Shown here one piece after another: positions 30,661 through 44,457 of a stretch of DNA of 64,000 nucleotides. How positions within the stretch are numbered: the first letter of the stretch is position 1; each line of letters begins with the position of its first letter. Location: the NCBI GenBank assembly GCA_026770705.1, contig JANJGN010000011.1, forward strand, positions 13,826,001 through 13,890,000. The letters run 5' to 3'. The notes under the pieces were generated by a model, which was not told where the DNA came from, searched no databases, and worked only from the letters and a program-made list of their open reading frames with translations. Made by a program: the position numbers and the translations under genes. Origin of the DNA: Isurus oxyrinchus. Taxonomy: Eukaryota.

Positions 30661-32555
30661 GTGTGAAATGTGCACTATTTAATCATCTGTACAACAATGT
30701 GAAATGTGCACTATTTAATCAACTGTACAACAGTGTGAAAAAGATAACATTCAATCAGCTGTAGGAGAGTGTGAAATGGGCACTATTCAATCAACTGTTC
30801 AGCAGTGCAAAATGGGCTCCATTCAATCAACTGTACAACAGTGTGAACAGGGCATTATTCAATCAATGGTACAAGAGTGTGAAATATGCACAATTTAACA
30901 CCCTGTGAATATTGTGAAATATTACACCATTCAATCAAATGTACAACAGTGTGAAATGGAAACTGTTCAATCAACTGCACAACCATCAAATGGACATGAT
31001 CCCATCAACTGTTCAGCAGTGTGAAGTGGGCACCATTCAATCAACTGTACAACAGTGTGAACAGGGCATTATTCAATCAGCTGTACAACAGTGTGGAATA
31101 TTCACTATTTAATCACCTGTCCAACAGTGTGAAATGTACACTATTCAATGAACTGTCCAACAGTGTGAAATGTGCACCATTTAATCATCTGTACAACAAT
31201 GTGAAATGTGCAATATTTAATCCACTATACGACAGTGTGAAAAAGATAACATTAAATCAGCTGCAGAAGAGTGTGAAATTGGCCCTGTTCAATCAACTGT
31301 TCAACAGTGTGAAATGGAAACTATTCAATCAACTGCACAACAGCATGAAATGGGCATGATTCCATCAACTGTTCAGCAGTGTGAAATGGGCACCATTCAA
31401 TCAACTGTACAAAAGTGTGAACAGGGCATTATTCAATCAACTGTACAACAATGTGATTTGTACACAATTTAACCACCTGTGCAACAGTGTGAAATGTTAC
31501 AGCATTCAATCAACTGTACAACAGTGTGAAATGTGCACTATATAACCAACTGTACAATAGTCTGAAATGTACACCATTCAATCAACTGTACGACGGTGTG
31601 AAATGTGCACTATTTAATCATCTGTACAACAATGTGAAATGTGCACTATTTAATCAACTGTACAACAGTGTGAAAAAGATAACATTCAATCAGCTGTAGG
31701 AGAGTGTGAAATGGGCACTATTCAATCAACTGTTCAGCAGTGCGAAATGGGCTCCATTCAATCAACTGTACAACAGTGTGAACAGGGCATTATTCAATCA
31801 ATGGTACAAGAGTGTGAAATATGCACAATTTAACACCCTGTGAATATTGTGAAATATTACACCATTCAATCAAATGTACAACAGTGTGAAATTGAAACTG
31901 TTCAATCAACTGCACAACCATCAAATGGACATGATCCCATCAACTGTTCAGCAGTGTGAAGTGGGCACCATTCAATCAACTGTACAACAGTGTGAACAGG
32001 GGATTATTCAATCAGCTGTACAACAGTGTGGAATACTCACTATTTAATCACCTGTCCAACAGTGTGAAATGTACACTATTCAATGAACTGTCCAACAGTG
32101 TGAAATGTGCACCATTTAATCATCTGTACAACAATGTGAAATGTGCAATATTTAATCCACTATACGACAGTGTGAAAAAGATAACATTAAATCAGCTGCA
32201 GAAGAGTGTGAAATTGGCCCTGTTCAATCAACTGTTCAACAGTGTGAAATGGAAACTATTCAATCAACTGCACAACAGCATGAAATGGGCATGATTCCAT
32301 CAACTGTTCAGCAGTGTGAAATGGGCACCATTCAATCAACTGTACAAAAGTGTGAACAGGGCATTATTCAATCAACTGTACAACAATGTGATTTGTACAC
32401 AATTTAACCACCTGTGCAACAGTGTGAAATGTTACAGCATTCAATCAACTGTACAACAGTGTGAAATGTGCACTATATAACTAACTGTACAATAGTCTGA
32501 AATGTACACCATTCAATCAACTGTACGACGGTGTGAAATGTGCACTATTTAATCA
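30661..32555. repeat. Higher-order repeat, 2 copies of a 935-bp unit (26 monomers)
   Basis: Near-identical ORFs at 31021 and 31956. Sequence at 30661 matches 31596. Confidence 0.9.
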
Positions 32556-35500
32556 ACTGTACAACAGTGTGAAATGGATACCATTAAATCCATACTGTAA
32601 GAGTGTGAAATGGGCACCAGTCAATAAACTGTACAACAGTCTAAAATGTGCACGATTTTAGCCAATATAATACAGTATGAAAAAGATACCATTCAGTCAA
32701 CGTTCAACATTGTGAAGTGGGCACACTTCAATCAGCTGTTATGCAGTGTGACATGGACACTATTCAATCAACGGTACAACAGTGTGAAATGGGCACTATT
32801 TAACCAACTGTACAAAAGTGAGAAATTGATACCATTAAAGCAACTGTACAACTGTCTAAAACAGGCACTAATCAATCAACTGTTCAACAGTGTGAAATGG
32901 AAACTATCCAATCAGCTGTCCATCAGTGTGAAATAGATACCATTCAATCAACTGCCCAACAGTGTGAAATGGGCACCATCCAATTCACTGAACAACAGTG
33001 TGAAATTGGCACTATACAATCAACTGTTTAACAGTATGAAATGGACACCATTCAATCAGCTGTAAAACAGTTTGAAATAGATACCATTTAATCACCCATA
33101 CACCGTGAGAAATAGGCACCATTCAAACAACTGTATCACAATGTGAAATTGGCACTAATTAATCAACTGTACAACAAGTGATGTGCACTTTTAAATCAAC
33201 TGTTCAACAGTGTGAAATGGGCACCATTCAATAAACTGTTCAACAGTGTGAAATGGGCACCATTCAATAAATTGTGCAACAGTGTGAAATGTGCTCTATT
33301 TTATCAATTATAAAACAGCATGAAAATAATACCATTCAACCAAAAGTTCAAAAGTGCGATGTGGGCATGATTCAATCAACTGATCAACGGTGCGACATGA
33401 GCATTATTCAATCAACTGTACAACATTGTGAAATGGGCACTATTTAATCAACTGCATAACAATATGAAATGTGCACTATTTAATCAACTGTACAACATTG
33501 TGAAATAGATACTATTCAATCAATGGTATGGCAGTGTGAAATGGGCACCATTCGGTTAACTGAACAACTGTCTGAAATTGTCACTAGGCAATCAACAGTA
33601 AAGCAATGTGAAATGGGTAACATTCAATCAACTGTACAACAGTGTGAAATGTACACTATTCAATCAACTGTAAAACAGTGTGAAATGGACGCTAGTTAAT
33701 CAATTTCATGTTGTGAAATAGATAGCATTCAATGAACTATATGATGGTGGGAAAAGGGCACTATTCAATCAACTGTTCAATAGTGTGAAATGGAAAGCAT
33801 TCAATCAACTGTGGAACAGTGGGAAATATGCACTGTTAAATCAACAGTTCAACTGCGTGAAATAGATACCATTGAATCAATTGTGCAACAGTGTGAAATA
33901 GCCATTAGTCAATCAACAGTGCAACAATGTGAAATGGGCACTATTCAATCAACTGCACAACAGTATTAAATGTGCACTATTTACTCAACTGTACAACAGT
34001 TTGAAATAGATACCATTCAATCAACTGTACAACAGTGTGAAATGTGCTTATTCATTCAACTGTTCAACAGTAGTGAACTGGGTACCATACAATCTATCAT
34101 ACAACAATGTGAAGTGGAAACTACTCAATCAACTGTACAACAATCTGAAATTGGCAGAATTCAATCAACTGTACAACAATGTGAAATGGATACCATGGAA
34201 TCAAATGTACAACAGTTTGAAATGTGAACTATTCAATTAAGTGTACAGCAGTCTGAAATGGGCACCATTCAATCAACTGTGCAACAGTATGAATTGGACA
34301 TTATTCAATCAACTGTATAGGCATGTGAAATGTGCACTATTTAACCAACTGTAAAACAGTCTGAAATAGATACCATTCAATCAACTGTACGATGGGTGTG
34401 AATTGGGCATGGTTCAATCAACAGATCAACAGTGTGACATGGGCACTATTCCATCAGCTGTACAACATTGTGAAATGGGCACTATTTAATCAACTGCATA
34501 ACAATATGAAATGTGCATTATTTAATCAACTATACAACAGTTTGAAATAGATACTATTCAATTAACAGTACAACAGTGTGAAATGGGCACCATTCAATCA
34601 ACTGATCAACAGCCTGAAGTGGGCACTATGCAATGAACAGTACAACAATGTGAAATGGGCACTATTCAATCAAAAGTACAACAGTCTGAAATGGATACCA
34701 TTCAATCAACTGTATGACTGTGAAATGTGCCCTTTTCAATAAACAGTTCAGTAGTATGAAATGGGAACCATTCAGTCAGCTGTACAACAGTGTGGAATGT
34801 TCACTATTTAATCAGCTGTACGACAGTGTGAAATGTACACCATTCAATGAATGGGTCAACAGCGTGAAATGGGCATAATTCAATCAACAGTACAACAATC
34901 TGAAATGGGCACTGTTCAATCAACTGTACAACAATGTGTAATGTGCACTTATAATCAACTGTACAACATTGTGAAATAGCTACCATTCAATGAACTGTTC
35001 AACAATGTGAAATGTGCACTATTTAATCAACTGTACAACAATGTGAAATTTGCAATATTTAATCAACTGTACAACAGTGTGAAAAAGATACCATTCAATC
35101 AGCTATATGACAGTGTGAAATTGGCCCTATTAAATCAACTGTTCAAACATGTGAAATGTGCACTACTCAATCACTGTCAAATGGGTACCATTCAATCAAC
35201 TGTACAACAGTGTGAAATGGGTGTTATTCAATAAAGTGCACAACATAGTGAAATGGGCATGATTCAATCAAATATTCAGCAGTGTGAAATGGGCATAATT
35301 CAATCAGCTGCACAACAGCGTGAATTGGCACGATTCAATCAACTGTTCAGCTGTGTGAAATGGGCACCATTCAATCGATTGTACAACAGTGTGAACTGGG
35401 CATTATTCAATCAACTGTACAACAGTGTGCAATATGCACAATTTAACACCCTGTGCAGCAGTGTGAAATGTTACACCATTCAATCAACTGTACAACAGTG

Positions 35501-38500
35501 TGAAATGTGCACTATATAAACAACTGTACAACAGTCTGAAATGTACACCATTCAATCAACTGTACAACGGTGTGAGATGTGCACTATTAAATCAATTGCT
35601 CAACAGTGTGAAATAGGTACCATTCAATCGACTGTGCAACAGCGTGAAATGGGCATAATTCAATCAATAGTACAACAATGTGAAATGGTCTCTGTTCAAT
35701 CAACTGTACAACAATGTGTAATGTGCACTTATAATCAACTGTACAACATTGTGAAATATATACCATTCAATCAACTGTACAACAGTGTGAAATGTGTGCT
35801 ATCCAATCAACTGTTCAACAGTAGTGAACTGGGCACTTTACAATCCATTGTACAACAATGTGAAATAGGCACTACTGAATCAACTGTACAACAATCTTAA
35901 ATTGGCACAATTCAATCAACTGTACAACAATGTGAAATGGATACCATTCAATCAAATGTACAACAGTGTGAAATGGGAACTATTCAATCAAGTGTACAAC
36001 GGTTTGAAATGGGCCCCATTCAATCAACTGTACAACAGTGTGAACTGAGCATTATTCAATCATGTGTAAAACAGCGTGAAATGGGCACTATTCAATCAAC
36101 TGTTCAACATTGTGAAATGGACACCATTCAATCAACTGTCCAAATGACTGAAGTGTGCACTATTTAATCAACTGTACAACAGTGTGAAATAGATACCGTT
36201 CAATAAAATGTACAACAGTGTGAAGTTGGAACTATTCAATCAACTGTGCAACAGGGTGAAATGGGCATTATACAATCAACTGTACAACATTTTGAAATTG
36301 GTACTATTCAATCACCTGTACAACAGGGTGAAATGGATGCCATTCAAGCAATTGTACAACAATGAGAAATGTGCACTATTTACTCAACTGTTAAACAGTG
36401 TGAAATGAATACCAATCAACTGCCCAACAGTGTGAAATGTGCACTATTTAATCAACTGTACATTAGTGTGAAATAGATACCATTCAATCAACTGAACAAC
36501 AGTGTGAAATGGGCACCATTCAATCAACTGTATAAAAGCATGAAACATGCACTACTTATTCAATAATAAAACACTGTGAAATAGATACCATTCAAGCAAC
36601 TGTTCAACAGTGTGAAACGGGCATGATTCACTCAACTGTTCAACAGTGTAAAATGGGCACTATTAACTCAACAGTACAACAGTGTGAAATGTCCTCTATT
36701 CAGTCAACTGAACAACAGTGTGAAAAAGGCACAATTTACTCAACTGTAATGCAATGTGAAGTGTGCACTATTTAAGCAACTGTTCAACAGTGTGTAATAG
36801 ATAGCATTCAATCAACTGTACAACAGTGTGAAATGGGCACTTTTCAATCAAATGCAAAACAGTTTGAAATGAGCACTATTCAATCAAATGCACAACAGTT
36901 TGGAATGTGCAATATTTAATCAATTGTACGACAGTGTAAAATAAATACCATTCAATCAAAAGTCCAAAAGTGTGAAATGAGCACATTTAATCAACTGTAT
37001 AAGAGCGTAAAACGTGCACTATTTAATCATTAATAAAACACTGTGAAATAGATACCATTCAATCAATTGAACAACAGTGTGAAATGGGCACTATTCAATC
37101 AACGGTACAACAGTGTGAAATGGGCAATATTCAATCAACTGTACAAAAGTGTGAAATGGGCACTATTCAATCAAATGTTCAACAATGAGAAATGGGCACC
37201 ATTCAATCAGCTGCACAACAATGTGAAATGTGCAGTATTCAATCAACTGTTCAACCATGAGAATGAGCACTATTCAATCTACTCTACAACAATGTGATAT
37301 CTGCATTATTGAATCAACTGTACATTTGTGTGAAATGGGCACCATTCAATCAACTGTACAACAGTGTAAAAAATGAGCTAATCAATTAACTGTTCAACGA
37401 TATGAAAGGGGCAACATTCAATCAACTAAATGTACAACCCTGTGAAATGGGAAACATTCAATCAACTGTACAACAGTGTAAATCAGGTGCTAATCAATCA
37501 ATTGTTCCACAATGCAAAAGGGGCAGAGTACAATAAACTGTACAACAGTGTGAATTGAGCACTAGTCAATCAACTGTACAACAGTATGAAACAGGTGCTA
37601 ATGAATAAACTTTACAACACTGTGAATTGAGCACTAGTCAATCAACTGTACAATAGTATGAAACAGGTGCTAATGAATAAACTTTACAACACTGTGATAT
37701 GGATACCATTCAAACAAATGTAGAACATTGTGAAATGGGCACTATTCAATCAACTGTTCAACAATGTAACTTAGGCGCTAATCAATCAACTGTTCAACAG
37801 TGTGAAATGGGCACCATTCAATCAACTATGCAACATGTTAAATGGTCACTATTCAATCAACTATGCAACAGTGTGTAATGTGCACTATTTAATCAATTAT
37901 AAAACAGTGCGTAATAGATACAATTCAATCAACGGTACAATATTATGAATTGGGCACCATTTAATCAACTGTACAACAATGTGAAATGTGCAATATTTGT
38001 TCAACTGTACAACAGTGTGAAATAAATACCATTCAATCAAATGTTCAAAAGTGTGAAATGGGCAGTATTCCAGCAACTGTACAACAGTGTTAAATGGGCA
38101 CTATTCAATAAATTGTTCAAAAGTGTGAATTTGGTACCATTCATTCAGCTCTACAACAGTGTGAAATGGGCACTATTCAATCAATGGTACAACAGTGTGA
38201 AATGGGCACTATTCAATCAACTGTACAAAAGTGTGAAATTGGCATTATTCAAACAACTGTACAACAGTATGAAATGGGCACTATTCAATCAACTGCACAA
38301 CAGTGTGAAATGGGCACCATTCAGTCAACTGTACAACAGTGCAAAATGGGCACTATTCAATCAACTATTCCACAGCATGAAGTGAGCACCATTCATACAA
38401 CTGTACAACAGTGTGAAATGTGTACCATTCAATCAACTGCGCAACAGTGTAAAAAAGGAACTAATCAGTCAACTGTTCAAGAACATTCAGTCAACTAACT

Positions 38501-39050
38501 GTATTACCATTTGAAATGGGAAACATTCAATCAATTGTATAACAGTGTAAATCAAGTGCTAATCAATCAACTGTTCCACAATGTGAAATGGGCAGCATTC
38601 AATAAACTGTACAACAGTGTGATATGGATACCATTCAATCAACTGTACAACTGTGTGAAATGGACACTATTCAATCATCTGTTCAACAGTGTGAAAAGGG
38701 CAGCATTCAATCAACTGTACTGCAGGGTGAAATGTGCACCATTCAATCAACTGTATATCAGTATGAAATGGGCACCATTCAATCAACTGTACAACAGTGT
38801 TAAGTGGGTACTATTCAATGAACTATTCAACATTGTGTAATAAGCACCATTTACTCAACTGTTCAACAATGTAAATTAGGTGCTAATCAATCAACTGTTC
38901 AACAGTGTGAAATGGGCACTGTACAATCAACTGTACAGCAGTGTGAAATGGGCACTATTCAATCAACTATGCAACAGTGTGAAATGGGCACTATTCCATC
39001 AACTGTCCTACAGTGTGAAATGGGCACCATTTAATCAACTGCACAACTGT

Positions 39051-39883
39051 GTGAAATTGATACTATTCAATCAAATGTTCCACAGTGTGAAGCTTGTACT
39101 GTTCAATCAATTGTAAAACAGCATTAAATGGGCCCATTCATTCAACTGTACAACAGTGTGCATTGGGCACCATTCAATCAACTGTAAAACATTGTGAAAT
39201 GTGCATCATCCAATCAACTGTACAACAGTGTAAAAAAGGAGTTAATCAATTGACTGTTCAAATTAGTGCAATATTCAGTCAACTAACTGTATTACTGTTT
39301 GAAATGGGAAACATTCAATCAATTGTACAACAGTGTAAATCAGGTGCTAATCAATCAACTGTTCCACAAGGTGAAATGGGCAGCGTTCAATAAACTGTAC
39401 AACAGTGTGATATGGATACCATTCAATCAACTATACAACAGTGTGAAATGGGCACCATTCAATCAACTGTACAACAGTGTGAAATTGACACTATTCAATC
39501 AAATGTTCCACAGTGTGAAGCTTGTACTATTCAATCAATTGTAAAACAGCATTAAATGGGCCCATTCATTCAACTGTACAACAGTGAGCATTGGGCACCA
39601 TTCAATCAACTGTAAAACATTGTGAAATGTGCATCATCCAATCAACTGTAAAACACTGTAAAAAAGGAGTTAATCAATTGACTGTTCAAATTAGTGCAAT
39701 ATTCAGTCAACTAACTGTATTACTGTTTGAAATGGGAAACATTCAATCAATTGTACAACAGTGTAAATCAGGTGCTAATCAATCAACTGTTCCACAATGT
39801 GAAATGGGCAGCGTTCAATAAACTGTACAACAGTGTGATATGGATACCATTCAATCAACTATACAACAGTGTGAAATGGGCAC
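39051..39883. repeat. Higher-order repeat, about 2 copies of a 428-bp unit (12 monomers)
   Basis: ORFs at 39299 and 39727 (offset 428). Sequence at 39051 matches 39479. Confidence 0.85.
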
Positions 39884-42289
39884 TATTCAATCAACTGTTC
39901 AACAGTGTGAAATGGGCACCATTCAATCAACTGTACAACAGTGTGAAATGGGCACCATTCAATCAACTGTACAACAGTGTTAAGTGGGTATTATTCAATG
40001 AACTATTCAACATTGTGTAATAAGCACCATTTACTCAACTGTTCAACAATGTAAATTAGGTGCTAATCAATCAACTGTTCAACAGTGTGAAATGGGCACT
40101 ATTCAATCAACTATACAGCAGGGTGAAATAGGCACCATTCAATCAACTGTACAACAGTGTGAAATGGGCACTGTACAATCAACTGTACAGCAGCGTGAAA
40201 TGGGCACTATTCAATTAACTATGCAACAGTGTGAAATGGGCACTATTCCATCAACTGTTCTACAGTGTGAAATGGGCACCATTCAATCAACTGCACAACA
40301 GTGTGAAATTGACACTATTCAATGAAATGTTCAACAGTGAGAAGCTTGTTTTATTCAATCAATTGTAAAACAGCATTAAATGGGCCCATTCATTCAACTG
40401 TACAACAGTGTGCATTGGGCACCATTCAATCAATTGTAAAACATTGTGAAATGTGCATCATCCAATCAACTGTGCAACAGTGTAAAAAATGAGCTAATCA
40501 ATTAACTGTTCAACAATATGAAAGGGGCAACATTCAGTCAACTAAATGTACAACCCTGTGAAATGGGAAACATTCAATCAACTCTACAACAGTGTAATTC
40601 AGGTGCTAATCAATCAACTGTTTCACAGTGCAAAAGGGGCAGCGTTCAATAAACTGTACAACAGTGTGAATTGAGCACTAGTCAATCAACTGTACAGCAG
40701 TATGAAACAGGCGCTAATGAGTAAACTTTACAACACTGTGATATGGATACCATTCAATCAAATGTACAACATTGTGAAACGGGCACTATTCAATCAACTG
40801 TTCAACAATGTAAACCAGGCGCTAATCAATCAACTGTTCAACAGTGTGAAATGGGCACTATTCAATCAACTGTACAGCAGTGTGAAATGGGCACTGTACA
40901 ATCAACTATGCAACAGTGTGAAATGGGCACTATTCCATCAATTGTCCTACAGCAATAAATGGGCACCCTTCATTCAACTGTACAATAGTGTGCATTGGGC
41001 ACCATTCAATCAACTGTACAACATTGTGAAATGGGCACCATTCAATCAACTGTACAACAGTGTAAAAAAGGAGTTAATCAATTGACTGTTCAAGAATAGT
41101 GCAATATTCAGTCAAATAACTGTATTACTGTTTGAAATGGAAAACAATCATTCAATTGTACAACAGTGTAAATCAGGTGCTAATCAATCAACTGTTCCAC
41201 AATGTGAAATGTGCAGCGTTCAATCAACTGTACAACAGTGTGAAATGGGACTATTCAGTCAACTGTTCAACAATGTAAATTAGTTGCTAATCAATCTGTT
41301 CAACAGTGTGAAATGGGCAGCATTCAATCAACTGTACAGCAGGGTAAAATGTGCACCATTCAATCAACCGTATATCAGTGTGAAATGGGCGCCGTTCAAT
41401 CAACTGTACAACAGTGTTAAATGGTCACTATTCAATCAACTATGCAACAGTGTGAAATGGGCACTATTCAATCAACTATTCAACATTGTGAAATGAGCAC
41501 CATTTAATCAACTGTACAACAGTGTGAACTGAGCGCTATTCAATCAACTGTACAACATGTGAAATGGGCACTATTCATTGAACTCTACAACAGTGTGAAA
41601 TGTGCACTATTCAACCAACTGGACAATAGTGTGAAATGGGCACCATTCGATCAATAGTACAACAGTGCAAAAATGGAACTAATCAATTAACTGTTCAACA
41701 ATATGAAATGGGCATCATTCAACCAACTAACTGTACAACATTGCGAAATGGAAAACATTAAATCAACAGTACAAAAGTGCTAATCAATCAAGTGTTCCAC
41801 AATGCAAAATGGGCAGCATTCAATCAGCTGTACAGCAGTGTGAAATGGGCACTATTCAATCAGCTGTACAGCAATGTGAAAGGGCACCATTCAATTAACT
41901 GTTCAACAGTATGAAATGGACACTATTCAATCAACTGTACAACAGTTTGAAATGGGCACTATTGAATCAACTATGCAACAGTGTGAAATGGACACTATTT
42001 GATCTATTGTGCAACATTGTAAAACAGGCGCCAATCAATCAACTGTACAATAGTGTGAAATGGGCACTATTCAATCAGCTGCTCATTCTACACCTTTCCT
42101 GATTTCCATTTAATTGTTAGCTTGATAGCTTCCAAATGTTAGCTTGTCTAGATAATCAAAGAATGTATCACATCCATTACATTTAACAATCCTTTGTTCC
42201 TTGTCTGGTTGAGAGGAGCTTAACTTTTTGAAGCCAATCTTGTGTTGTCAGTTATGAAGCTCATCTAGGACGAGCTTGAAGAGTAATAA

Positions 42290-42490
42290 GATATTCCCTT
42301 GGGCATCTTAGCCAACATTCATCCCTATATTCCCAGCCGAGTTAATTATCACACCATTTACCTCATTCATCTGGGCCACAAATTACCTCTTATAGTTGTC
42401 TACAAAACGACAGCGACTACTCTTCAAATGTAACTCATGAATGCAGAGCTAAGGACATGAAAGATGTGAAATAGTCCAAGTTCTTTCACT
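42290..42490 (+). mobile_element. Heavily decayed Deu-domain SINE 3' half
   Basis: GCCAACATTCATCCCT...CACAAATT...ACAGCGACTAC...CAAGTTCTTTC aligns by eye with the copy at 47895-48100. Confidence 0.55.
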
Positions 42491-42600
42491 TATGATCGGA
42501 AAACCATGAGCTAGAGCTTCAAAGGTCCCTGATCAAGTCATAAATTCAAATGAGGCCAACCTTCGATGTGAATTTTTTGCTGCATGTGTTAATCTGCAGC

Positions 42601-42781
42601 ATTAATCCTTGTTCCTTTGCAGATAATGATATTTTATTTAAACATGATCAAGCAGTCATTGTGTTTTTTTTTCCTATTTGTGACAGCAATGCTCACATTC
42701 CATGAACATATAATAAGAAGTATTGATTGCCTGATCATGTTTAAATAAAATATCATTATCTGCAAAGGAACAAGGATTAAT
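42601..42781. repeat. Perfect 50-bp inverted repeat with 81-bp spacer
   Basis: 42601-42650 is the exact reverse complement of 42732-42781. Confidence 0.95.
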
Positions 42782-43224
42782 AGCACAGGAGTTTATCACC
42801 CAAGAATAAATAACTGATTCCAAAAATAATCATCGCTGAGCTAATTTCAATCATTGGACCCGGAGGTGACGGTTCCAAGTTTGTCAGGTTCATTTATTTA
42901 TCAAAGGAGTGCACAGAAGCAACAACCTACCAGCAAAAATGTACGTGTTTGCCAGACTCCCCAAACAGCTGGTGTGCTGGAAAGCATCCATTATCACTTA
43001 GACCGTTGGTGTTTCATCAGGTTTATATTCCCTAAACGTGCCAAGTTCCTGAGCTCGACAGGTGACAATTTCAGTTGGAACCCAGCGTATCCAAGCTTTT
43101 GCAACTGACTGCAGTGCAAAGCTGGCTTTAGCAGAACAGTGTTCATTCATTGAAGCCACAATTCATAACAGTACAGCTGATTCTCAACCCATTGAGACTG
43201 CCGGACAATCATATTTATTTGTGT

Positions 43225-43650
43225 CATATAGGAACATAGGAACAGGGGTAGAGTCTCCAGCCTGTTCTGCCATTCAGTTAGATCATGCTTGATCTGCATC
43301 TTGACTCCATTTGCCCACCTTGGTTCCATATCCTTTAATATCGCCGCCTAACAAAAATCTATCATAAACACAGTTTTGAAATTTTCAATTGACCGAGCCT
43401 CAACAGCTTTTTGGAATAGAAAGTTCCAGGTTTCCACTACCCTTTGTGTGAATAGGTTCTTTCTGAGTTCACCCTCAGAAAACCAAGCTCCAATTTTAAA
43501 GTCAAGCTTCGATATGTTGGACTTGCCCCACCAGAGGGAATTGTTTCTTTCTATCTACCCTACCAAACCCTTCAATCATCTTAAACAGTTCGGGTAATTT
43601 CCTATACTCAAGGGAATCCATGCCTAGTCGATGCCAACTGCCCTCATAAT
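43225..43650 (-). mobile_element. CR1-type LINE 3'-end remnant
   Basis: Starts with the CATAGGAACATAGGAACAGG tail repeat, then decayed ORF2 C-terminus (LPELFKMIEGFGRVDRKKQFPLVG). Confidence 0.8.
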
Positions 43651-44457
43651 TGAAAGTTTTAAACCTAGAAAAGAACATCAAAGCAAAGGTGATGTTCTGC
43701 TCCTTGGGAGAGTCTATAATTAACCCAAAGTTTACAAATCCTTTGTTGTGCATTCTATTCATCATGGCAGTCATGAGGAACACAAATGTCCCTTTGACTG
43801 AGGAACACATCCCTGCACCTGCAATGGAGGAGAACAGACTTTGACTACCAGTGGTTCTAATTCATGCACCACTTTCTATATCTTTCTTTTGTTACATTAG
43901 AAACAAACAAATTCATCAGTTGCTCAAAAGCCTTATTCCTCTGCATGTAACTTGTGTATACTGTTGACAATAAGGATGACATATAGTATCAGGATCTCTG
44001 CTCATCCTGGGTATGGGCTGCTTATCAAGCACACTTATTTCTGTAGTTTGTATTCACCTACCTGCTTCAAACCTCTTTCCTGAGGTTTGAATTAGGAGAT
44101 TGGCACCAGTGTGCAAAATGGAGTTGCCACTTAGTCATGTCCTTCCCTCCTATCATCGTTGCCCCCTGCCCCGGAACTATGAGCTGTCTTGACACTTTGA
44201 CTGTGTCAGTCAATTTTCTAATGCCATTCAGATGTAAGTGTTATTTGTGGTTGAGGGCCTCATTCACAGTTCACGTAGAGTTACTTACCAGTGATTGTTT
44301 CTGATCTCAGCTAATGGGATAATTAGCCAGTTGTCAACAATGTCAGAAATTAGAATCCTCAACACTTCACTTTTAAAGGAGCATATAATGAGGATGATTT
44401 TGCTCATCCATGTATTCTGCAAATGCTTATTTCCCAGAAGATTAGTATAAGGAAAAA

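Larger units (their letters stand above)
1..42081. repeat. 36-bp tandem satellite array (>1100 diverged monomers; extends beyond the left edge of the window)
   Basis: Continuous period of 36 (e.g. GTGAAA at 38161 and 38197). Consensus GTGAAATGGGCACCATTCAATCAACTGTACAACAGT. ORF translations repeat every 12 aa. Ends abruptly at ...TTCAATCAGCTG (42081). Confidence 0.98.

Noticed and set aside
1-42081. CRISPR array (36-bp partly palindromic repeats)
   Set aside because: Monomers abut with no unique spacers, there are no cas genes, and the context is vertebrate retroelements.
1-42081. Array of V(D)J recombination signals (AACAGTG, occasional CACAGTG)
   Set aside because: The consensus lacks the required CAC on that strand, and no ACAAAAACC-like nonamer lies at 12 or 23 bp.
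705-42102. Repeat-protein genes (VKWAPFNQLYNS, CEMGTIQSTVQQ, HTVVQLIEWCPF ORFs)
   Set aside because: A 36-bp period with stop-free consensus frames gives short ORFs by default. They overlap in several frames and on both strands, and are broken by frequent stops and frameshifting indels.
43660-43850. Possible minus-strand exon after TTCTCCTCCATTGCAG
   Set aside because: No frame gives a recognisable protein and there is no convincing donor. The listed ORF runs into a CR1 remnant.
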